This document shows positions 50,276 through 61,750 of a stretch of 64,000 nucleotides of DNA, piece by piece. The stretch is taken from positions 881,122 to 945,121 of the forward strand of contig MU004233.1 in NCBI GenBank assembly GCA_010405405.1. The letters are read 5' to 3'. The notes below the pieces were generated by a model. It saw only the letters and a program-made list of their open reading frames with translations, was not told the origin of the DNA and searched no databases. This DNA is from Microthyrium microscopicum (Eukaryota). Position numbers and translations under genes: made by a program. How positions within the stretch are numbered: the first letter of the stretch is position 1; each line of letters begins with the position of its first letter.

Positions 50276-51181
50276 GATTTGATAGAGCTATAACAACCGA
50301 CAGGATGAGATGAAATTTATGAAGATGAGATTATAAACCCAAGTCCACAAACAGATCCAAAGGGCCAATACTTATAACTTCAAGCATCTTACGCGACATC
50401 ATATTCTGGACTCTCTGACGAAGTAACGAATCTTGGAGTAACTGATAAGAACGAAGCGAACTTGATAGATTCGACACAATCGATTTGTGTAGTCGGAAGG
50501 CGCCGTCGTAGATGATGGATTTGAAGCTTGAGCATACTAGACTGCTACCAGCTGATAACCAGGCGACTGGCAACGAACGACAAGGGCTCTCACTGCTATG
50601 TCGTTACAGGTACCTGTCAAAGCCAGGAGGCGGGATGAACCATGCGCAGCTCTGGGCATCCTATCAATAACAGGCGATGTCTGTGGTTCCTGGTGAAGGG
50701 AAAGAAGCAGATTGGGGCTTGTTTGGGCCTAGCGGTTGGCCTAGAATTGGAGCTCAAATAGTACCTGTTTCGAGACTAGCGCCGCGATAGACAATGTGGA
50801 GTAGATCATAAGCAGGAAGCAGCTTATGCTGAAATTTTGCCTAATCCTAGAACTCTGGTGACAGAGAGAGAGACAATCATAGGATAATTGATTCTCCCAC
50901 GAGAAAGTGTGGGGGAAGGTGTGATCTGAATCATTACCTAGCCGTGGGATTGTGATAATGACCAGTTATGAATTAGTGTTCTATGAACCAGCATCGATTA
51001 TCATTGCAAAGGTCTAAAGATCGAGCTAGAAGAGTTGTCTCCGGTTGTCTGTAGTTTCCGGCAAGAAAATCTGTCCAACGTTGTGGGTTATTTAATTATA
51101 TGCCCCGTAGTCCCCATTACGTTGATCACCGTTTCACTCCTTGAGAACTACTTCCGACCTGCTCAATCGATCATACTCGAA

Positions 51182-52388
51182 ATGGGAATCGAAGAAGCAC
51201 TTTCGCATCAGAGTCGGCTGGACCTTAGAGAGGAACTGCTTGCCGCCAATGACAAATTCATCTTGGAGATCCCAAAAGTTGAGCTTCATGTTCACATTGA
51301 AGGCACTTTGACAGTCGACATGAGATGGAAGTTCACTCAACGCAACAGTGCAAAGCTGAAACTATTTTCAAACGGCCCGGAAATGCACAGTCTGGAAGAG
51401 ATTCAGGCTGCAATGCAAGCAACCATGCCAGACCCGACCCGAATGAACAACAATGAAGAACGAGATATCTTTTTCGAATCGTACTTTGAAGGCTTTCAAG
51501 CGTTGCAGACGAAGGAGGATTACTACGACCTTGCCATGAACTACTTTGAGCAGGCGGCCTCCATGAACGTTCGCTACTGTGAGCCTTTCTTCGATCCTCA
51601 GGGACACACAAGCCGTGGAGTGCACTGGGACGTAATGATGGGCGGCTTCAAAGAAGCTCAGATGGAGGCGGAGGAAAGACTCAATGTAAGCACTTTTCTT
51701 TCTCATGTCTCGAGCGATAATCAAATAACACCACGGATAGATCAAGTCGGGCTGGATCATGTGCTTTCTTCGCGATTCTCCTGTCGAGTCAGCCATGGAA
51801 CATTACAAGGCTGCACTGCCATACCGAGACATGATCGTAGGCATTGGTCTTGATTCATGTGAGGAGGATCGACCTCCGGTGCTTTTCGAAGAAGTGTTTA
51901 CGCTGGCTCGACGTGATGGCTTCAAGCTTACAATGCACTGTGACGTGGACCAAAAGGATACTCCCGAGCACATCAGACAGTGTTTGTCAGTTGTTGCAGA
52001 AGGAGGGTTGGACAGAATCGACCACGGCCTGAATATCTCTGACCATCAAAATCTGATAGATTTGGCATTGAAGCGGGATCTCGCCCTTACTATCTGTCCA
52101 TGGAGTTATTTGAGAATGACAACATATGCACAGCTTGGACCGCGCATTCGAGCTCTATACGATGCTGGGATCAAGATAACCATCAACAGCGATGATACAG
52201 CGTTCATGGACGACTGCTGGATTCTGCATAACATGTTAGCTGCCAAACGCTTGTGTGGGTTCAATGATGGGGACATTCTTGTCCTGGCAAGAAATGCCAT
52301 CAACGTCTGTTGGGCACTGCAGTCGGTCAAGGAGAAGATGCACCAAGAACTTGACATGGTGTACAATAAGTTTTACCCCAACCAATAG
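51182..52388 (+). CDS. Adenine/adenosine deaminase family amidohydrolase (intron 51686-51740)
   Basis: PKVELHVHIEGTL, NVRYCEPFFDPQGH, GIGLDS, DRIDHG and ITINSDD; the usual HxxE site reads HCDVDQ. Confidence 0.9.
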
Positions 52389-52427
52389 AATTTGAGTCAA
52401 TTTTCAAACCGACTGAGACATGTGCGA

Positions 52428-54258
52428 TTACAATACCAGCTTGTGCTGTGGGCAGCCAAAGGTGAAGAAATCGTAAGGCTCGTCCTTTTCCATTTGCCAG
52501 ATTTGTTCCAACACCATAACGCCACGATTCAGATTGAAACAGCCCAGACTTTGGTAGTTGGTGAGTAACTCAGTTCGTATCCAGTTTTTAGCCTCTTCGT
52601 CCTTGTGAGATAAAAGCAAACCCGTCTGGAATAATGGCCAAGTCGTTGACACATTCCAGCTCTTCTTCACCGGAGTTGCGCGTACATGATGGTAGATGCT
52701 GTCTATCAGACCCGATGTGTTGAAAACCTCATTTGGGAGCTGGAATATCCGAATCAAGTAAAGAAGTATTCCTTGTCGCCATACTTCTACGATATGGGAG
52801 CGAGGATCGGAATCGTTGTTGACCGCATCCCATTCTTTGACAGCATTGCCAAAGCGTACAGCTTTTTGTATGGTATCTTCGCCAATTTCCGCGGTATTCT
52901 GTTTGTAGAGCACAGTTATGTCTGCAATATATTCCAAAAGATCAATCTGATTCTTGTTAGTGGGTCCTATTGGCCAACTAGCTCGAAAGTTGAATTTCCC
53001 ATATATCTCATTGGCATTTCGTGGAATAGGGTTTGATGGAATATCAAACAACTTATGGGCCAGTAGCAAAAGTGCGAAGGGTTACTTTACCGGGCAAGAG
53101 AAGACGTCAAATCCCCACTCCCTTCCAGATGGCGTTCTGAACTTGTTCAGTGTAGCCTTGATATCCTTGGATGTCCAGTAAGGCATTCTCGAGGTTGTCG
53201 TCGAGCCCATGATGTCGAGCCTATTGCTCTGTAAGTCTGGGACTACACGAATAGCATTTTTGCTTACCATAATATGCGTTGTTCGAAAAAACCTCGGTCT
53301 GTCCCGTCAGATCCATGTAACTTCAAAAGATGACTAGCAGCCTCAAGATGCGTGCCGAATTCGTAACAGTCTCCTGAGCATAGCTTTTGCATCTGTTAGA
53401 GAAATCTTATCAAAGGCTTTTGGGAAAACTTTACATCAAGCTGTGCAAGTAGTAGCATACATGCTAGACACGCTAGATTGTATTCATCCCCAGCGCTCAT
53501 CAAATCCTCTCTGAGAAGCTCCGTGGCCTTGAGTCTTAATTGGAGGCTTTGTATCTTCAACTGGTCTTCGTCGAGTCGATTGCCGAGGTGGCAGGACGCC
53601 AATGCCGCCACTGCACATCTCACAGAGGGTACACTCCGAACCAAGGGTAGAATGTGCGAAGCGTAAGGGGTGTCTTCAGGCCCTTTTCCGAGATAGAATG
53701 CTGTACTGAGCTCGCGGCCGTCTATTATGTGGTCAGTATCACTCGACGCCTTCCTAACATGGGAAATTGAATACAATATTGGACCAAACCCTCAAGACTA
53801 TCTCCAGTCAATTCCAGGACATTGGAAACGCTCCAATTTTGCTGTCGAAAGATGGCGGTAGCTTGTGAATCATTATCTTCTGCACTAGAGGCCGGGCTTT
53901 CGAAAATATGTGTATGAGATTCGGGCGATGTTGTGCTTGACGTGACCATCGCTTGATCACTGTTATTACCCTGAAGTTGTTCGCCATGATTAATATCCGG
54001 GTCGATATCTGGTGTCTCTACCACCTGCGATCTACGCTGCTTTCTGGCGGGAGTCGAATCAACTTCGTCGTCAGCAACCGGCTTCGCCTGGCCAGCCAAA
54101 GGTCCTCGAGCTGCTACACCAACCCAGCGAAAGTTGTAGCCCTCACAAGTGACTCCCCTTTTGCTGCAGCTCGTACACGTCGGCAGACTCCGATCGCACT
54201 TTTTTCCCCGGCGACGACAGGTTTTGCAGGCAGTGCCAAATACATTGGCTTGACTCAT
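52428..54258 (-). CDS. Zn(II)2Cys6 transcription factor with fungal-specific TF domain (5 exons)
   Basis: ACKTCRRRGKKCDRSLPTCTSCSKRGVTCEGY; four GT-AG introns close in phase; WLDIMGSTT and WPLFQTG motifs. Confidence 0.9.
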
Positions 54259-55656
54259 ATTGTAGGGGTGCTGGTTTTCATCTCGAATAGCTCATATCGT
54301 CATTCGTGTGTGATGAGTTTAGTCTGCGAATAACAAACTGGTGTAAGAAGGTTGAAAGTCGAGGCTATCAAGATCCAAAATAAGTTCTCCACTGCTCCAT
54401 TTGAAGATATATGGGACTCGTCACAAAGATAGCTTACTAAGGAGACTAGTTGAATTGCATGCGCTCATCTTCTTTACGAGCAAAAATAAGATAGAGTTGC
54501 GCTGTGAGCTTGCTGGTACGAGAACTGTCACAGATAGTAGAAGTGGAGTTCCCATTTCGGTTAGCGTGATTACACGCGTCTGATCATCGTAACAACATGT
54601 CGTCTTCAACTCTAAGTCACTTCTCTCTACAAACGTCGCTTTTTCAATAGCTCGTTCTGTCGAGTATACGACGACTAGTTGCAAATTCCTGTTTCTTGAG
54701 GAAGGTCAACGTTGCGTGTCGAAGCGGAGACACAGATGCAAAGTATCGAGAGATATTAGAGATTGTATCTCCAACCACAAACATCTACATGCCGAGTGTT
54801 TTTGAAGACCTTTTGAGGCTTGGTCGGAAAACCAACTTCTTTAAACTACGGTAGAGTATTGATCTGAGACATTACTCCGTAATCAACACAATTCTGGAGG
54901 TATTCGATCGCCTGTGATTCATTCCTGGAAATACTGAACACTACACTAGAAGTGCTTTCGTAACATTCGGCTTCAGGCATGTCCTGATCCTGAAATACTT
55001 GAAATCTTATCTTGTCAGAATGATAGGTCTCCAGAAAACCTTCTCTCGAAATGCCGATTGACCGATTCTGCAATAGGCGAGGCAAGGAGGGCTGTCTTCT
55101 ACCAGGTAACTTAATATATCGTTGAGTATAACCGAGCGTATCAATCACATACGCAAAACCATATGTTAATGATCTTAGATGAATTTGCCAGCTACTTCAA
55201 AATTACACGCGGTTTCTTTCCCACATTTTCGTACTTGAGCCGAATACCTGGTTAATGATCCCACAGCATCCTTATTCCATTGGTCAAATCATAAGTTAAA
55301 TGTACTCATTAGTGTATAGCTGAGCTTGTGTCCCGTTCTCCACACTGTCAAATGATCGAAATGCCATCTGCGAGTCCAGGTTCTATCATTTCCGATTTCA
55401 TATTGCATATTTGCCCAATCACACAAGACCAGAGTCGCGCCTAGTAATTTCATACGATCGGGTTATAGCCGTGGTAGGTACTTTATAGCCTTTAGTGTCA
55501 ATGCTCTCCTGATGTTAAATTTTGGCTGCTCCTGTTCATAACACTTTTATGTGGGCTAGCTTTATATCATTTGACAGCCTCACTCTTCAACCTCGGATTT
55601 GACTTTACTGTCCTAGAGATAAATCTTCCATTCCGACTACCAAAAGATCCACCAGT

Positions 55657-56748
55657 ATGCGTTACTCATTAGCTCTCGTTGCTCTCGCAGCCGCCGCCGT
55701 GAACGCGCAAGGCACAGCTCCGGCTGCCGCCTCTCCCGTAGCCGTCAAGGGCAAATGCAAGAAGGTAAAACTCTCCGGTGACGAAACTGCATCATTTTTG
55801 GCAACAACATGATATCAAGAACATTCTAGATGAGTGCGATGCCATTTGAGCAGTAATAATTCAACAGCATTTTAGATACTACTTGGGTGGATTTCAGACT
55901 AATCAAACCACCAGACAAGTGATACGAAGAGTTTCCCAGACCCGTTGAAGCAATTCGCTCCCGGTGCTGCCCAATGGCCTTGCGACATGGGTGCCGCCAT
56001 CCCATTCGGGCCAGTACCGAAAGGATGTGCCAAACTCGAGGTTATCGTTGGTGATTATACACTCTTCTTCTTGAGAGAGAAGTTTAGCTAACGTATAATG
56101 AACAGCTCGAGGCACTAGTGAAGGCGGTGACCTAGGAGTAGTTGTAGGCGATCCACTCGTAGCCAGAGTCGCTCGCGATCTTCCGGGCGTCACAGTGCGC
56201 GGCTACCCAGTTCAGGTACTTTAGGCCATACGGGACATGAAACCAAAGCTAACAGCATGCAGTATCCCGCCTCCGCCATGGGAATGGCCACTGGTATCGC
56301 CGATATCCCTAAGCGCCTTAAGGCGCAAGCTCAAGAATGTCCCGACGAAAAGTTTGTTTTGGCCGGATACTCGCAAGGAGGAAGCGTGGTGATGGGTGCT
56401 CTTTCCAGCGTTCCAGCCGATTTGAGAGATAAAGTGATCGCTGTGGCACTGTATGGCCCAATGGGTGGAGTGTCAGGACTGAGCTCGACATTCAAGAATA
56501 AGACAATTACAAACTGCGCTGTAGGAGATATCGTAAGTACTCTCGGATATGAAGCTTGGCGTTTTTGAGCTACTACAGCACTGACTTTGTTATAGATCTG
56601 CCTCGACCTTAGAAGCGGACCAGGACACACGTCTTATAACGATGAGGGGACAAAGTGGCATGACCGTACAGCGAGCTACATTGCAGCCGCGTATAATGGA
56701 AAGCCAATGGGATGGAAATCCATGGGAAGTCCTACTGCTGCTCTTTAG
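55657..56748 (+). CDS. Secreted cutinase / CE5 esterase (5 exons)
   Basis: Signal peptide MRYSLALVALAAAAVNAQ; ARGTSEGG; nucleophile motif GYSQG; CAVGDIIC and GHTSY supply the Asp and His of the triad. Confidence 0.9.
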
Positions 56749-57510
56749 AAGGCCAGCAGCGATGGGAGTTCACATACGCTAGAGCAATGAAATTTTTCCA
56801 TTCTGATTGGATATCCAGCTGCGTGAAGACATACTAAACCAAATGCCTCTGAGTACCATGTTTAACTAAGTAGCTGATTGCATGGAGCTCTTTGGGTGGG
56901 CTGGTATAGAAGTCAACGTGGAAATTTTAGCATTTGCACTAGCTACTTTTATCTCTTAGAAAGAATGCGTACCGTGATGGAGAAATAGTTTGCTCTGGAC
57001 CATTTCCCAGGCTTTGAAAGCTAAAGTTTATTGCTACCTAGCCTAAATGTAATAACAGAATTGAATGAGCGTCACAAGCCGACGAACCAGCTCCATCATC
57101 ACTGCAGCTTTGTACACCAAGCTCTTGAAATGGAAGTACGAATTTATGATGCCTTGTAGATTTAAACAGCTTTAAAACGGTTGAAAGTTTGAAAGGCAAA
57201 TATAATAGTCATTGGCTACCAACAGCCTATTATCAAAACCAACACCTACTCTGAAGAATCCTGGCTACGTAACCATTAATGTGGAGGCCGAGAATAATAT
57301 GTATGAACAATATAACTGCGGCCATGCATCTTTGCCGCAGAATTCAATTCCCTTCAAGTCAAAGTCAAAGATGTTCTGACAACAGCAGTTGACGTTGATC
57401 TGGACCAAGATGCTATTTTCGCCGTGTTCGTTCACACTAAAAGCCATTGACATTACCTCCTTCGTCATGTTCTGCCTGCTCACCAGCAGGGAAACCTTGG
57501 CATGCGATAC

Positions 57511-58384
57511 CTAAGATATCAATCCCTTAACTTTACTCGTTCCGTGAATCTTCAAATCAAACTTCTGCCTAACTACCCATTGTCAGAAACCGCTTCATCA
57601 ACAGCAGCTAAAACTTACCCGATAAAGTCCTCGATATCTCCCGCGCTCTGCTTTTCAAATGCACTTCCTTTGCATCCCACCAAACCACCGTCACCCACGC
57701 CAACACCAGCGCATGCAATAACCTCCTGTCCCCCAAATCTTTAATCTCCAGCTTTGGCTCATGCAAAGACGTACCAGCAACAACTTCCAACGCCAAAACT
57801 TTACCTTCACAATCCTTCCACTCATACTCTAGCGAACCATGACCTTTACGTTTCCGAAAAATCTGAAACACAGGAGCTTTCCCATCACCTTTCATATTGA
57901 TAATCAATCGCCAATCACCAAGATAATTCTGAGCATGGAACGGAATAAGTGTCACCCATTTCAACCACTTGACATTTCCCTTGATCAACTGACATCCCGG
58001 GCGATAACAATAAAAGCTTCGCGTTTCCGGTGAGAAGGTATAGATGGGCGGCAGCAGTGCTTGTATTCTGGGATTCCACCACTTGCCTGGGACTTCGACG
58101 GAGTACAACTCCTTTGGACTAGTGATCTTGGGATTGCGCTCGTTGAATTTGTGTTTGTAGACTTGGAGGCTGAACGTTAATGAGTCTGCAGCTGAAGATC
58201 GAGGATCGTGATTGAGGGAGTATATCACTTCGTTTTTATGCTGTAGTTTGACGTTGCTTCCTGCTAGGATGAGGGTTGTTCCGGTGATGTTTTGTATGTC
58301 TGTTAATGCGTTTGTCTCTCGGGCGATGGAGTATGATGGGGGAGGAGGATCTAGGCTTGCCTGATCTGTTTGGTGGTCTTCCAT
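57511..58384 (-). CDS. Hypothetical protein (PPPSY motif; probable small last exon after an intron at ~57573-57618)
   Basis: 258 aa ORF with ATG; GTAAGT donor, CTGAC branch and TAG acceptor near the 3' end; EYEWKD and LVLAWV segments. Confidence 0.6.
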
Positions 58385-59550
58385 GATGGAGAATGGTTTG
58401 GGAGTATAACCATTTTATGGCAGGAATCAGATGTAGGCTGCGTGAGATGGAGCGAAAGTTGGAGGTCCTGGGCCATTGCGGCACAGTAAAAGCCTCAGAG
58501 GCTTAGATATTGGATACGGGGTTTTGACTACCCGCCTTGAATTACCGCGATGCATTGTAAGTCTTTGGCTGGGTTCTGCAGTTGTGAAAGCTGACGCCGA
58601 TCCAAGGCGTGTCTTATGCGCGTCCATCTTTGAACAATCCAATAGATGGTATGCTTAGAACATGAGACACGATTCCAATGCATGAGGTTATGGGAAAAGG
58701 AGGCGGCGGCAATCGAGTTGACGCATGGCTAGACGCGCGCTTACCCATCGATATCCTTTTTCACGAGAAACACAAATCAATACACAGCAATTATCACTAC
58801 CAGCGTACCTATCAGCATCTCGTCGATTCAGTGCAGTCATACCAACTATCTTGATCACCATCAAAAACGAAGCGGCAGGATCAATATCAAAGTCAACAAC
58901 AATATCATTCCATCTACTCAATCTAGAGAACGTAAGCATCTCTCCCGAGACAACAAGAAAAACCCAACCAAATCCGACCAATCCAATCGAACGCACGAAG
59001 GCGCATACCCTATTCTCCCAAGAAAACCGCCTAAAACAATAGAAATAAGAGCTGCCAAGCGAAAAGCACAGCGAGTGTGGGGTATAGTTTGTTCATCAAC
59101 ATCGAAGAGATGGTAGTAGTCATTCAAACATTCCTAGTTTGCCAAGATCGAAGAAGAAAAAATAAAAAGCAAACCCCCCAAACCTGAACCGTTGCGCCTG
59201 TGCAAAAAGAATTACAAGTGAAATGTCAAGTCCGGAAGAACGATTGACCACCCAGATCCGTTTGTCCCTGATAGGTGTAGAATATGGCGGGTATTATGAT
59301 CCACGTGGTCGTCGTTATTGTCGTACATGAAGGTTTCTTCCCAAACTCGTTGCAAGTGCGTTAATCAAACAGTAAAAACATAAAAGCGTCAAGTGGCGTG
59401 AAAGCGTGAGTGAAGAGTGGTGGAGAAGATGGTTTGCGTGTGTGAGCAGATATTTGGAGGAATGGCTCGTCTGATGTCGTTCTCACATGTGTACCAGGTG
59501 AGGGAGATCGGGCGGTGTGCGGCATGCGACGAGCACCTGGGGAAAGGAGA

Positions 59551-61750
59551 CTAGATGCGTTGTTCCTCGCTAGTAGCAACCGCAACCAGAGCTTCTAACC
59601 GCCTCATATCGCTGCCCTTATCAGTAGGTGGAACGTAGGCAGTCGGAGGTAAGGTCTCGTAACCCTTTGGCTGGGACGCTTGAGATGGTACCTGTGGGCC
59701 TGGAACCTCGTGCTTGGAGACTTGTTGGTACTGGTATGGCTGATATGCGGGTGCTGACGCAACTTTAGTCTGTTCCTCGCCGCCTTGCATGTGAATAGCG
59801 GGCGCAGGCTCCACATGGCCATTATTTTGTACGATTGCGGGGTGATAGTCTGCGGCGGTTGTCACGGGTGTCGGTGCCCCGTCGCTGCTGATACTATCGG
59901 GAGAGGTCCGCTGCGTGGTTTGACTTTGGGACGCGGCGCTGGCTGGAGGCTGCATGTACCAACCCATCCGTTTGCTCTTCTTAGGAGTTGTAGGTGGCTC
60001 CACTGGAGCCTCGGATGACTGCTGAGGGTATCTAGAAGCGGGTTGAGCATAGGAATCGGCGGCACCAGCGTTGATGTTAGCGGGATTCCACGATCTTGAC
60101 TCTTGGCCCTGGGCTTGAGCGTCCTTGCTGATATCAAGACGGTTTATACCATTCTGTAGAGTTGACGCGCCCCAAGAAATGCGATGGTTGGACTCGGGAA
60201 CTGGCGCAAGAGACGCTTCGGATACATGAGAAGTCGATGGACCATCTAGTTGCATCGGTGAAGGAGGTCTCTGTCCCAATAGTAATGAAGGTGGTGGAGG
60301 TTGATCAAATGTTTCTATACCGGGTAATCGCGGAACTTGACCACCGATCTGTTGTGAATTGAACACTGGCCTGGGTAAGTCTGCGATGTGTTGTGCAGGT
60401 ACATTAGGTTGCAGTCGAGATCCGAGCTGCGTATTGGTATTTGGATGCCACGTCCGTCTCCTCCAGTCCGCTTCGCTTATTGATCCTCGCCGCGAGTCCA
60501 TATTAGAATTTGATGGGGTCGCAATATACGCACTATGTCGAGCAACCGCTGCATTTGACGGCACGGGACTCATATACGAGGATGTATGAGTATCTGGGCT
60601 ATGAGATGACTGAAATGGATTCGAGCCCGGTACAGAAAGCCGTCGACTGGGAGTTTTGGAGCCATAGTACAGAGATCTTGAAATCGAAGAAGCTGGTGAG
60701 CCTAATCCAGAGGAAAATCTGGGAGAGCTGTTTCCATGCGAGTAGGACGCAGATGTAGGTGTACTATATCCAGTAGGTGAACTATTGCCAATTCCATAGT
60801 AGGGTGGCAGCGAAGCACCGGAGCCGGGAGTTGACGTGGGCACATATGTATCAACACTCAACCGGTTTGTTCTTGGCGTTTCAAAGCCTATTCGTCGAAC
60901 CTCGTCGCCTCCATATGTTGAAATCGATGAGGTGGAAGCTATAGAGGTTATGGACGACGAAGATAGATTTCGGCTATGTCCCCGATGAACATGGACAGGA
61001 TTTGGTGCACTACTGAATGTTGAAGCTCTTGATCTGTTCGCGGGTCGCACTCTCTCAGTGCGAATCTGTCGCTGGAAACGAGTGCCTGTGGCAGCGAGCG
61101 AATCAGTGGGTATATCCTCATTCACATGCACAGTCTGTGCGTGTTGCCGAAGATTATCGAGTCTCGAAAAGCGTCTGCTGCAGTGACATTGGAAGGGTCG
61201 TTCGCCGGTATGTTTTCTACGCCAGTTAGTCTCATGTAATCAGAGTTAGATCGAGTGAGACATACCTGATGTGTCGCGCCAAATGTTCACTTCGAGTAAA
61301 GCTCAACTGACAAGGCGGGAAGTCAGTGCAGAAAAAACGCTGTCCCTTCTTCTTCTTGGAAGATCGTCCAGAGTCGCCGTCGGCACTATCCTGTTCTTCA
61401 GAACCATCTTTCAAGTCCTTACTATCAGTCATTTCGACATCTTCGTCGTCCTCCTCTTCGTGAATAGGCAGTGGCGACTCGATAGATCTGGTCTCCATGG
61501 AAAAGTCCTCGCCCATCTTACTATCAGGCCGCTCAGGTGATGTACGGGTAGGAATAGCTGGAAGTGGTTTCTGTCCGACTATTCCGGCGAATGACTCTCG
61601 AGTCGGTGTTTTCGCCGAGGGGTCCTCAGCGGGCGACTCCAGATTCACATGCTGGTTTGTGGCTTGAAGTGGTGGTGGGGTAGCTTGCTCCATGGTGGAT
61701 GGTCGATGGTTTACAGCGACTGAGGTATTGACAGCACGAAACGCAGACAT
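59551..61750 (-). CDS. nsdC: C2H2 zinc-finger transcription factor, NsdC/USV1-like (intron 61217-61265)
   Basis: Spliced [54 protein letters not shown]; also WRRRTWHP and the C-terminal [11 protein letters not shown]; orthology assigned from recall. Confidence 0.8.
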
